Assembly (NCBI GenBank): GCA_964611035.1
Contig: CAZSWT010000003.1
Span: forward strand, 6,219-70,218
Length of the DNA stretch: 64,000 bases
Reading direction: 5' to 3'
Origin: an uncultured Desulfobacteraceae bacterium
Lineage (GTDB): Bacteria > Desulfobacterota > DSM-4660 > Desulfatiglandales > B25-G16
In this document: positions 55,562-64,000 of the stretch, in pieces
Layout of the letters: each line of letters begins with the position of its first letter
Position numbering within the stretch: position 1 is the stretch's first letter
The notes under the pieces: model-generated
What the model was told of the DNA's origin: nothing
The model's input: only the letters and a program-made list of their open reading frames with translations
Database searches by the model: none
Position numbers and translations under genes: made by a program

Positions 55562-57187
55562 TCAACGGACAACTGACAACGTTCGACGGACACTATTTTT
55601 TTTTATTACTATCCAAAGAAATTTAATAATTGTTGCGACTAATAATACTATAGCAAAAATATTCCCTAATTGTGAATAGAATGTTTTTTTGTGTGTTAAT
55701 TTTATCTTCTTTTGTAAAATTTCCCTCGCAAAGAGCTCACTTTTGTCTACTATCTTTCCATTTGCATGAATAAAGGCGCTTATCCCAGTGTTTGCAGCTC
55801 TTGCCATAGGTAAACTATTTTCTACGCACCTAAAAACAGCCATGCTCAGGTGTTGATAAGGGGCACTGGTGCGGCCAAACCATGCGTCATTGGTTAGGTT
55901 TACTAAAAGCTCAGCTCCTTGGGCAGCGAATTTTCGAGAGATATCAGGAAAGATAGTCTCAAAACAGATTAATGCCCCTATTTTAAGACTTGGAGAATGT
56001 ATAGGTTTAATTTTCTTACCAGTGGAGAAATCTCCTGCTGCTGGAACTAAGCGATGTACAAATGGGATGTATTTTTTAAGTGGAACATATTCACCAAAGG
56101 GGACAAGATGAACCTTGTCATAATAATCAAATACCCTGCTTTTAGATATCATATATGCCCTGTTGTAATAGAAAATGCTGTCTTTATCTTTTGCATATGC
56201 AGGAGAACCAAACAGAATATTTGCATTGGTTATTTTAGCAACCTCGAATACTGCCTTAGAAAGATGAGATGTATCTTGAAAAAAATATGGAAGCGCAGTT
56301 TCAGGCCAGATGATGAGCTGAGGTTTAAAATCTGCTGATTCTAAGGATAGCTTCTTATAAATAGACAGTGTCTCTTCTTGAAAATCTGAGTCCCATTTTA
56401 AAGACTGATCGATATTTCCCTGGACAATCACTGCCCTTAGTTCTTTTCCTTTTGAGTTACTATCTGCTTTTTCTTTCAAATTATTGTAGCCATATAAAAG
56501 TATAAATCCTATAAGCAAAGAGGTGAGAATTGTTTCTATTCCTATTATCCGCAAGACGTGTCCGTTTTGTTTGTTATGATCATAATCCGTAGATCCTGAA
56601 TCGTAACCTGTATTGAACCCCAAAAACTTTTTCTTAATCGTTAGAGAAGCGATGTTATATATGGAAAAATTTACCAGAACGATAACAAATGATATGCCAT
56701 AGACACCGGCAATATCTGATATCTGTATTAGTGGCAACCTGGAATATTGGCTGTATCCTAAAAGGCACCAGGGGAGACCAGTCATAATATAAGATCTTGC
56801 ATATTCAAGTGCGACCCAGATGCTCGCTCCCCAAAATGGTGATAGCCTATTGTTTTTAAAATTAGCCACGATAAGTGCAAAAAAGGCTATATAGAGAGCA
56901 AGATAGAACGAAAGAAGCAATAATGCTGCAAGGCTTAAGATAAGGCTAATATTGCCGTAACGGGAAAGTACATTAACTATCCAATAAATAAGGGTTAGGT
57001 AGTGGAAAAGACCAGCAAAAAGCCCTATCTTAAAAGCATCTGATAGGGATTTATCCTCAAGACTAATAAGAAGAGGGATGAGGGATATCCATGCTATCCA
57101 GTCCAAATTGATCGGGGCAAAGCTGGCAGTTAACATGAGACCTGAAAGTCCTGATAGCAGTACATTTTTTGCACTAATCTTAGTCAT
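55562..57187 (-). CDS. lnt: apolipoprotein N-acyltransferase
   Basis: 541 aa. Multi-TM N-terminal half and a C-terminal nitrilase-like domain (..IIWPETA.., ..KVHLVPFGEYVP.., ..ALICFE..). Confidence 0.85.
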   Translation of the reverse strand: MTKISAKNVLLSGLSGLMLTASFAPINLDWIAWISLIPLLISLEDKSLSDAFKIGLFAGLFHYLTLIYWIVNVLSRYGNISLILSLAALLLLSFYLALYIAFFALIVANFKNNRLSPFWGASIWVALEYARSYIMTGLPWCLLGYSQYSRLPLIQISDIAGVYGISFVIVLVNFSIYNIASLTIKKKFLGFNTGYDSGSTDYDHNKQNGHVLRIIGIETILTSLLIGFILLYGYNNLKEKADSNSKGKELRAVIVQGNIDQSLKWDSDFQEETLSIYKKLSLESADFKPQLIIWPETALPYFFQDTSHLSKAVFEVAKITNANILFGSPAYAKDKDSIFYYNRAYMISKSRVFDYYDKVHLVPFGEYVPLKKYIPFVHRLVPAAGDFSTGKKIKPIHSPSLKIGALICFETIFPDISRKFAAQGAELLVNLTNDAWFGRTSAPYQHLSMAVFRCVENSLPMARAANTGISAFIHANGKIVDKSELFAREILQKKIKLTHKKTFYSQLGNIFAIVLLVATIIKFLWIVIKKNSVRRTLSVVR

Positions 57188-57240
57188 TTCAGCGTTTCCT
57201 TGAAATTTTCCACAATATTAAGGATCTTATAAAGACTATA

Positions 57241-57360
57241 GGCACCCGTTCACAGGTTTCCCGATAAAATCGGGATTCAAAGCCTGCCATCCCTGCCCCC
57301 AGTACGGCAGGCGGGCGTCGGGCAGGGATGAACCTTTTTCAACCGTGAACGGTTATGACT
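57241..57360. repeat. dispersed hairpin repeat, family B
   Basis: tcccgataaaatcggga (57259-57275). gcctgcc..ggcaggc and atccctgccc..gggcagggat form nested stems. The outer inverted pair is ccgttcacagg..ccgtgaacgg. Confidence 0.6.
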
Positions 57361-57545
57361 ATAGTATATCTATGTTTTTTTTGTAAAAGACTTTCCTTAA
57401 AACACACTTAGATATTAATTTTTTCTTTAATGAAATAGAACCCCGAGTTGGGAAATAGATTTTATTATCAATATGCCTGGTTGATATTATAAATTATGCT
57501 TGACTATCTATAGATATTTTATTACAAGTTTAAATACTTAATTGA

Positions 57546-57621
57546 GCGGGCATAGCTCAGTTGGTAGAGTACAAGCTTCCCAAGCTTGGGGTCGCGGGTT
57601 CGATCCCCGTTGCCCGCTCCA
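57546..57621 (+). tRNA. tRNA-Gly (anticodon CCC)
   Basis: Cloverleaf by hand: acceptor GCGGGCA/TGCCCGC, D-arm GCTCAGTTGGTAGAG, anticodon stem CAAGC/GCTTG with loop TTCCCAA, T-arm GCGGGTTCGATCCCCGT, encoded CCA. Confidence 0.9.
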
Positions 57622-57760
57622 TGTTATTGTAAAGAGCGTTCTGTTCCCTTTTCGAGGTACGCAATTGTTGTTTGGGGAAGGCTGTTACTTTGAAAAGAGG
57701 ATGAGCCAGAAAGTTGTGTACTTTTTTTAACTCTGGCAACAATTGAGTTAGGTTTGAGGG

Positions 57761-57784
57761 AGCGGGCCTTTATGCCCGCTTTTT
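57761..57784 (+). terminator. Rho-independent terminator between tRNA-Gly and rimP
   Basis: agcgggc (57761-57767) pairs with gcccgct (57774-57780), 6-nt loop, then TTTT. Confidence 0.6.
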
Positions 57785-57806
57785 ATGTGCGAGGGATATT
57801 TTTTTT

Positions 57807-58298
57807 ATGTCAGAGCCTAAGAGAATTGTAAATGAGGTGTCCCTTTTAACTGAGTCTCTTTTGATTGAGTTTGGAATGGACCTGGTGGATGTTGAGTTTC
57901 AATTTGAAAGAGGTAGATGGATACTCAGGGTTCTTATAGATAAACAAGGAGGCGTTACGATAGACGACTGTGCCAGCATTAGTAGGGAGCTTGGTGATTT
58001 AATTGAGGCAGAGAATATCATTAATTTGTCCTATGTGCTGGAGGTTTCTTCTCCAGGTCTGAACAGGCCATTAACAAAAGAAGATGATTTTATACGTTCA
58101 ATCGGTAAGATGGTGCAATTAAAGATGTCCAGGCCTATCAACAAAAGAAGGAATTTTGCTGGGTGCCTCACTAATGTCAAGAAAGGGATGATAAGTCTCG
58201 TAATGGAGGATAATAATTTAGTTGAATTGCCCTTGAACGAGATAGATAAAGCGAGATTAAAGTATGAATTTGATAATTATTTTATGGGCAGGGAATAG
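57807..58298 (+). CDS. rimP: ribosome maturation factor RimP
   Basis: 163 aa. ..LEVSSPGLNRPL.. motif. Position upstream of nusA. Confidence 0.9.
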   Translation: MSEPKRIVNEVSLLTESLLIEFGMDLVDVEFQFERGRWILRVLIDKQGGVTIDDCASISRELGDLIEAENIINLSYVLEVSSPGLNRPLTKEDDFIRSIGKMVQLKMSRPINKRRNFAGCLTNVKKGMISLVMEDNNLVELPLNEIDKARLKYEFDNYFMGRE

Positions 58299-58301
58299 AA
58301 A

Positions 58302-59603
58302 ATGATTACAGATTTATTGAGAGCTATTGATCAGGTAAGTCGAGATAAAGGAATTGATTCTAAAACCCTTATAGAGGCTCTGGAAGAGGCAGTTAGCTCA
58401 GCTGTTAAAAAGAAATTTGGTTCTGAATATGAGTTAGAGGTGAGCTTTAATACGGAAATTGGAGAGATCGAGGTTTTTGAGTTCAAAGAGGTGGTAAAGG
58501 ATGTAACAGATGAGAGGCTTCAGGTATCCTTAAAAGAAGCAAGAAAGCTTGATCCAGAATCAGAGATAGGGGACAGCTTGGGTATGAAAACGGATATAGA
58601 TGCACTGGGAAGAATAGCGGCTCAGTCAGCTAAACAGGTAATAACGCAGAGGCTCAGAGAAGCAGAGAGGGATGCTGTGTATGATGACTTTAAGGATAGG
58701 AAAGGAGAAATAATTAACGGCATTGTGCAACGTTTTGATAAAGGCTCCATTATTGTTAACCTGGGTAAATCAGAAGCTGAACTTCCTGCTAAAGAACAAA
58801 TCCAGAAGGAGACATACATACGGGGTGATAGGATCAGAGCCTATATTTATGATGTCAAACAATTCAGCAGAGGTCCTCAAATAGTATTATCTCGGACGCA
58901 TCCTAACTTTCTATCAGCCCTATTCGAAAATGAAGTACCAGAAATTTCCGATGGCATTGTGACCATTATGCAGGTAGCCCGAGAACCTGGAGGCAGGGCG
59001 AAAATAGCAGTAGCTTCAAAGGATAGGGATGTTGATCCAGTAGGGGCCTGTGTTGGCATGAAGGGATCAAGGGTGCAGGCGGTAGTTCAGGAACTAAGAG
59101 GTGAGCGGATTGATATTATAACGTGGGACCCTGATCCAGCAAAATTTGTGTGTAATGCTTTGGCCCCCGCCGAAATTTTAAGGGTTATAGTTGATGAAGA
59201 GAACAGAAGCATGGAAGTCGTTGTACCGGATGATCAGCTTTCTCTTGCGATTGGAAAAAGGGGTCAAAATGTTAGGTTAGCATCTCGTGTTACAAACTGG
59301 AAATTAGATGCAATTAGCGATTCAGAGTATAATGAAAAATTAAAAGAAGATTATCAATCCTTGCTTAAGCTTCCTGGTGTCGGTAAAAAATTGGCAACCT
59401 CTCTAAATGAGATAGGTTTTAGATCAATAGAGGATATTGGAAAAGCAGATGAGGTTGATTTGGCAAGTATAAAGGGAATTAGTGAAAAAAAGGCCAAAGA
59501 ATTGATTCAGAACGCCCTGAATTATACGCAAACGGTAATTTCTGATAATGATAAAGCCTCGGATGAAGAAACGGAGGGATTGCCCGGAGGAGTCAATGGG
59601 TAA
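58302..59603 (+). CDS. nusA: transcription termination/antitermination factor NusA
   Basis: 433 aa with S1 and KH domains (..REPGGRAKIAV.., ..GACVGMKGSRVQ.., ..LAIGKRGQNVRLAS..). Confidence 0.95.
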   Translation: MITDLLRAIDQVSRDKGIDSKTLIEALEEAVSSAVKKKFGSEYELEVSFNTEIGEIEVFEFKEVVKDVTDERLQVSLKEARKLDPESEIGDSLGMKTDIDALGRIAAQSAKQVITQRLREAERDAVYDDFKDRKGEIINGIVQRFDKGSIIVNLGKSEAELPAKEQIQKETYIRGDRIRAYIYDVKQFSRGPQIVLSRTHPNFLSALFENEVPEISDGIVTIMQVAREPGGRAKIAVASKDRDVDPVGACVGMKGSRVQAVVQELRGERIDIITWDPDPAKFVCNALAPAEILRVIVDEENRSMEVVVPDDQLSLAIGKRGQNVRLASRVTNWKLDAISDSEYNEKLKEDYQSLLKLPGVGKKLATSLNEIGFRSIEDIGKADEVDLASIKGISEKKAKELIQNALNYTQTVISDNDKASDEETEGLPGGVNG

Positions 59604-62121
59604 GTTAAGGGTTTACGAGTTAGCCAAAGAAGTAAAAATGAGTTCTAACGAACTGGTTGAGCGATTAAAGAGCGCTGGTTTCTCTATTAACAACTATATG
59701 AGTTCTCTTGATATGGATGATGTAGGCAGAGCTAAAGATTATCTTTCAGGGGCAACCGATGAAATTCTCGAGGAAAAAAGGATAAAGCCGACCATTATCC
59801 GCAGACGAAAGAAAATCATTCCTAAAATAGAGGAAAAAGTCCAAGAAGAACAAATAGTTGAAGAGGAAGTTACACCACTTTCTGAAGAAGAAATTTCGGT
59901 GCCAGAGGAAAAAGTAGAGGAGGTTTTAGAAGAAGAAGTTGAGCAGGAAGTAAAAGAAATACCTATTCCTGAACAACCTATCAAAGAGGTCAAACCTAAA
60001 ATTGAGAAGAAGAAAAAAGAGAGACCCAAGACTATCCCTGCAAGGATAATAAAAAAGGCAGAAATTCAAGCACCTGTAACAAAGCTTAAGGAGCCGGTAA
60101 CTACGATACCGTTATCTGAAATTGCAATTTCTCCAAAGAAGGAAGTTAAAAAAGAAAAAGAAGCGATAAAGGAAAAAAAGGCAAAGAAATATAAAGAGGA
60201 AGAAATAACTCCTCGGAAGGATTATCACAGACGAAGGAAAGAAATTTTTGAGCGGAAGGATCTCTATGGGGACCGGGAACGGGGCTTTGAAGCAAGAAGT
60301 AGATTAAAAGCTAAAGGCAAACTCGACAAGAAGAAGTTAAAACAGACAGAGATAACTGTTCCCAAGGCTATAAAGAGGAGAATAAAGGTCCCGGATGTGA
60401 TAAGTGTAGTTGAGCTGGCAAGGCGGATGGGTATTAAGTCCACAGAGCTCATTAAGAAATTAATGGAAATAGACATAATAGTTACCATTAATCAGACAAT
60501 TGACTTTGACTCTGCTTCTCTTGTGGCAAGTGAGTTTGAATATGCATTAGAACCCTCGTCTTTTGAGGAGGAGGAGATAATTAAAGAAGAAGAGGAAAAA
60601 CCTGAAGATCTTCTCCCTCGACCACCAGTGGTTACAATAATGGGGCATGTCGATCATGGAAAAACATCTCTTCTTGATTATATTAGAAAATCAAAAGTTA
60701 TCGACAAAGAAGCTGGCGGAATAACCCAGCACATAGGGGCTTATTACGTCCACACATCCCATGGTGATTTAGTGTTTCTTGATACACCTGGGCATGAAGC
60801 CTTTACTGCAATGCGGGCAAGGGGTGCAAAGGCAACAGATTTGATTGTATTAGTTGTTGCTGCTGATGACGGAGTGATGGAGCAAACAATAGAGGCTATT
60901 GATCATGCGAAAGCAGCTAATATTCCAATCGTTGTTGCTGTTAATAAAATCGACAAAGCAAACGCAGATCCAGAAAAGGTGAGGAGAGAATTATCAAAAT
61001 ATGGATTCGTATCAGAGGAGTGGGGTGGTGATACCTTATTCAGTGAGATATCTGCTAAGACAGGACGCGGTGTGGATGAACTACTTGACAGCATACTTCT
61101 TCAATCAGAGATATTAGAGTCGAAGGCGAATTATAAAAAGCATGCAAGGGGGGTAATTATTGAAGCCAGACTTGACAAAAGCAGGGGTCCCTTTGCCACT
61201 GTTCTTATTCGTGATGGCACCCTTCATCAAGGTGACTTTTTTGTTTGTGGAGAGAATTACGGCAGGGTAAGGGCAATGCTTAATGATAGAGGTCAGAAGA
61301 TAAAATCGGTAACGCCTTCTATGCCGGTTGAAATATATGGTATTTCTGATGTACCTATGGCCGGAGATGACTTTATAGTAACTTCCGATGAAAAAAAGGC
61401 AAAATTAATTAGCGAGCATAGAAAAACCAAGGCTCGGTTAGATACAGTAACTACAAGAGATTCTGTGAGCCTCGATAATCTTTTTGATAGGATTAAAGAG
61501 GGCGAAGTGAAAGAATTAAACATTATAATCAGGGCCGATGTGCAAGGATCTGCAGAGGCTTTAATAGATTCTTTAACGAAACTAAGCACAGAAGACGTGA
61601 AATTAAAAGTTATACATGGCGGGACTGGAGCGGTAACAGAAAGTGATGTAATGCTGGCCTCAGCCTCAAAGGCTATAGTTATCTGCTTTAATGTGATGGC
61701 AAATCCAGTTGTTAAAGCCCTTGCAGCAAAAGAAAATGTAGATCTAAGATTTTACGATGTCATCTATAAGGTGATAGAAGATGTAAGGTCTGCCATGGCA
61801 GGACTCCTTGAGCCAGTTTACAATGAGAATATTATTGGAAGAGCAGATATCAAAGAGATATTTCACGTCTCCAAGGTAGGCACTATCGCCGGTTGTTATG
61901 TAACTGATGGTAAGATTGAAAGGGGTGCCAAGGTACGCCTGTTACGCGATGATGTAGTTATATTTGATGGGAACCTGTCTTCATTAAAGAGGTTTAAAGA
62001 TGATGCAAAGGATGTTTCCTCAGGCCTTGAATGTGGTGTGGGATTAGAAAATTATAATGACATAAAGCCTGGGGATGTCTTTGAATTTTATACCTTAGAA
62101 GAGATGAAGGTGGAGCTTTGA
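59596..62121 (+). CDS. infB: translation initiation factor IF-2
   Basis: The track ORF starts at 59548. The likely ATG is 59596 ([13 protein letters not shown]), overlapping the nusA stop. GTPase motifs [18 protein letters not shown]. Confidence 0.95.
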   Translation: MGKLRVYELAKEVKMSSNELVERLKSAGFSINNYMSSLDMDDVGRAKDYLSGATDEILEEKRIKPTIIRRRKKIIPKIEEKVQEEQIVEEEVTPLSEEEISVPEEKVEEVLEEEVEQEVKEIPIPEQPIKEVKPKIEKKKKERPKTIPARIIKKAEIQAPVTKLKEPVTTIPLSEIAISPKKEVKKEKEAIKEKKAKKYKEEEITPRKDYHRRRKEIFERKDLYGDRERGFEARSRLKAKGKLDKKKLKQTEITVPKAIKRRIKVPDVISVVELARRMGIKSTELIKKLMEIDIIVTINQTIDFDSASLVASEFEYALEPSSFEEEEIIKEEEEKPEDLLPRPPVVTIMGHVDHGKTSLLDYIRKSKVIDKEAGGITQHIGAYYVHTSHGDLVFLDTPGHEAFTAMRARGAKATDLIVLVVAADDGVMEQTIEAIDHAKAANIPIVVAVNKIDKANADPEKVRRELSKYGFVSEEWGGDTLFSEISAKTGRGVDELLDSILLQSEILESKANYKKHARGVIIEARLDKSRGPFATVLIRDGTLHQGDFFVCGENYGRVRAMLNDRGQKIKSVTPSMPVEIYGISDVPMAGDDFIVTSDEKKAKLISEHRKTKARLDTVTTRDSVSLDNLFDRIKEGEVKELNIIIRADVQGSAEALIDSLTKLSTEDVKLKVIHGGTGAVTESDVMLASASKAIVICFNVMANPVVKALAAKENVDLRFYDVIYKVIEDVRSAMAGLLEPVYNENIIGRADIKEIFHVSKVGTIAGCYVTDGKIERGAKVRLLRDDVVIFDGNLSSLKRFKDDAKDVSSGLECGVGLENYNDIKPGDVFEFYTLEEMKVEL

Positions 62122-62122
62122 T

Positions 62123-62410
62123 GTGGTGGTCGGAACCCTCAAAATTTCCCTCTATATCCACAATCAGCACTCCCTTAAAGAGAAGAGAAAAGTTGTAAAA
62201 AGTATTGTAACCAAGGTGCACCACAAATTTAATGCATCTATAGGTGAGGTTGGTTCCAATGATAAATGGCAGCTGATAGAGCTGGGAATCGGCACTTTAG
62301 CCAATGATAGGCGATTTGTGAATTCAGCCCTTGATACTATTCTCTCGTATATTGATTCTCTTTACCTCGGGGAGATTATCGATTCTAAAATAGAAATATT
62401 TAATGTGTAA
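62123..62410 (+). CDS. DUF503 family protein (YlxP-like)
   Basis: 95 aa, GTG start 1 nt after the infB stop. ..SLKEKR.V.. motif and conserved position between infB and rbfA. Confidence 0.75.
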   Translation: MVVGTLKISLYIHNQHSLKEKRKVVKSIVTKVHHKFNASIGEVGSNDKWQLIELGIGTLANDRRFVNSALDTILSYIDSLYLGEIIDSKIEIFNV

Positions 62411-62467
62411 ATTTGTAAGCGGTCAGTGGTTAATAAATAGCCATCAGGAGAAGACAAAGAAAGAATT

Positions 62468-62551
62468 GTGGCCCCGGTTAAATACGCCCCAGTTAAATAA
62501 AAGCATAAAGGCATTTAACGGGGCAAAGTGAGGTAAAGATTAAGGAATTTG
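62468..62551. repeat. dispersed intergenic repeat, family A, copy 3
   Basis: ccccggttaaatacgccccagttaaat.. 62492-62515 matches 9-32 at 22/24. 62532-62541 is identical to 182-191. Confidence 0.7.
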
Positions 62552-62554
62552 TGA

Positions 62555-62608
62555 AATAAACACAACAAACCCAATAAACTCAATAAACACAACAAGCTCA
62601 ATAAACTC
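62555..62608 (+). repeat. 27-bp tandem duplication immediately upstream of rbfA
   Basis: aataaacacaacaaacccaataaactc (62555-62581) followed by aataaacacaacaagctcaataaactc (62582-62608), 25/27 identical. It ends 4 nt before the rbfA ATG. Confidence 0.8.
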
Positions 62609-62612
62609 AATC

Positions 62613-62963
62613 ATGCTTGCAGGTAATAGATCCCAAAGGGTCGGTGACCAGATTTTACGGGAAATATCTGATCTCCTTTTGAGAAAAGTGAAGGATCCAA
62701 GGTTAAAAGGAGTCACTTTAACTGAGGTTAAGGTGAGTAAAGATTTGAGAAATGCGTATATTTACTACAGTATTTTTAGCCAGGATGAACAGAAAAAGCA
62801 GGTTCAGAAAGGATTTGAAAGCGCAAAAGGATTTATACGCAAAGAGATAGGCGAGAGGATGCACCTGCGATACGTTCCAGCTATTCGCTTTATTTATGAT
62901 GTATCTCTTGAATATGGGGAAAAGATAGAAAATCTTTTAGAGAAAACAAGAGAGAGCAAGTGA
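62613..62963 (+). CDS. rbfA: ribosome-binding factor A
   Basis: 116 aa. ..RVGDQILREISDLL..KDPRL..VTLTEVKVS.DL..A.IY.. signature. Confidence 0.9.
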   Translation: MLAGNRSQRVGDQILREISDLLLRKVKDPRLKGVTLTEVKVSKDLRNAYIYYSIFSQDEQKKQVQKGFESAKGFIRKEIGERMHLRYVPAIRFIYDVSLEYGEKIENLLEKTRESK

Positions 62964-63931
62964 TTTTAGATGATATAGCTAATATTGTGAAAAGAGGTAA
63001 GAGATTTTTTTTGGCAAGCCATAAGGACCCCGATGGGGATGCTATTGGCTCCTTATTAGCCTTAGGGGAAGCACTTATACTTTCAGGGAAGGAGGTTGTG
63101 CTATTTAATGAGGGCCCTATACCAGATTCTATGGCCTTTCTTGTAGGTATTGAGGGAATAGGAGATAGATTTAATCCGGAATTAGAATCAGAATTTGATG
63201 CCCTCTTTGTTCTTGACTGTGGAACACTTGAAAGGTTGGGAGGGATTTCGTCCAATATATGTAATATAAAGCCTTTGATAAACATAGACCATCATGAAAA
63301 TAATTCTCAGTTTGGTGATGTAAACCTTGTTGATACTCATAGTTCCTCTGTTGGCGAGATTATTTATCGGTTGATACAGGTAGCGGATTTACCAATGAGT
63401 AAAAACATAGCGGAAAATTTATTTGTGGCTATACAGACAGATACAGGTTCATTTAGATATGGAAATACCACAAAAGAGGCATTTACTATTGCAGGTGAGA
63501 TGATGGGGTGGGGTATCAGTCCTTGGAAGATATCGCGAAGGGTTATGGATGGATATTCATTAAAAAAACTGAGACTTCTCGCCTTAACCTTAAAGACAAT
63601 AGAGATATTTCATGCAGGAAAAGTGGGATTGATCACTATTAATCAACAAATGCTCTCAATAGCAAAAGCTGATAATTTTGACAGTGAAAGATTTGTTGAT
63701 TATCCCAGATTTATTTCTGGGGTAGAGATAGGTGTTCTTATAAAAGAACTTGGAAAGGATTATTACAAATTTAGCCTGCGCTCTAATGATTGGGTAAATG
63801 TTGCAGATTTAGCATATCATTTTGGTGGAGGTGGTCATCCAAAGGCAGCAGCCTTTACAAGACATGGAAGCCTGGATTCGATAAAACAGGAATTCCTTGA
63901 TAAAGCACAGGAATTTGTCATTGGTCATTAG
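62960..63931 (+). CDS. nrnA: DHH/DHHA1 phosphoesterase (NrnA-like oligoribonuclease/pAp phosphatase)
   Basis: 323 aa. HKDPDGDAIGS, DHH (NIDHH) and GGGH motifs. 4-nt overlap with rbfA. Confidence 0.8.
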   Translation: MILDDIANIVKRGKRFFLASHKDPDGDAIGSLLALGEALILSGKEVVLFNEGPIPDSMAFLVGIEGIGDRFNPELESEFDALFVLDCGTLERLGGISSNICNIKPLINIDHHENNSQFGDVNLVDTHSSSVGEIIYRLIQVADLPMSKNIAENLFVAIQTDTGSFRYGNTTKEAFTIAGEMMGWGISPWKISRRVMDGYSLKKLRLLALTLKTIEIFHAGKVGLITINQQMLSIAKADNFDSERFVDYPRFISGVEIGVLIKELGKDYYKFSLRSNDWVNVADLAYHFGGGGHPKAAAFTRHGSLDSIKQEFLDKAQEFVIGH

Positions 63932-64000
63932 TCATTTGTCATTTGCAACCTGCAACAAGTTGCTAAGGAATTAGAAATAAAAATTGTAATACCAATTGAG

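Overview
Bacterial chromosome segment of about 40% G+C by eye. Gene content (nrdD, cytoplasmic Mo-oxidoreductase, lapAB, lnt) suggests an anaerobic diderm; the lineage cannot be fixed from sequence alone. (1) 1-2 kb: two type II TA modules bracketed by a dispersed repeat. The TumE/DUF6516-like pair has in-frame TAA codons in both genes; vapBC is intact. (2) 2-9.9 kb, minus strand: polysaccharide export module, wzi-like, PHP Tyr-phosphatase, wza-like, wzc-like, second PHP Tyr-phosphatase. (3) 10-35.8 kb: accessory/defence region. It starts with a gene-poor decayed stretch (MITE-like palindromes, DUF932 fragment, small ORFs). Next is a complete type 1 BREX operon, brxA-brxB-brxC-pglX-pglZ-brxL (14089-28292), with pglX cut by a single in-frame TAG. 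After it come a translationally coupled ParA-like ATPase plus small HeH-like protein, then hup. A visibly G+C-richer single gene follows (30608-33325, at the window centre), fusing a PHP phosphoesterase domain to a Rad50/SbcC-type ABC ATPase. This is my best candidate for a poorly described defence or DNA-processing system. The region ends with an IHF-alpha-like gene, a truncated NC/LRAT-domain gene and a decayed parA(frameshift)-parB pair. (4) 35.8-64 kb: mostly housekeeping. It contains nrdD (apparent frameshift before the glycyl-radical domain), a tRNA-Leu-like 3-prime fragment plus DUF4258 gene, HAD hydrolase, Mo-oxidoreductase plus 4Fe-4S subunit, Sir2 deacylase, yjbQ, a NifU-like gene, purD, lapA/lapB, an amidase, prfB (programmed +1 frameshift), lnt, tRNA-Gly(CCC), and rimP-nusA-infB-DUF503-rbfA-nrnA. 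Two families of dispersed, hairpin-rich intergenic repeats recur across the window. No CRISPR array, rRNA, integrase or transposase was recognised.
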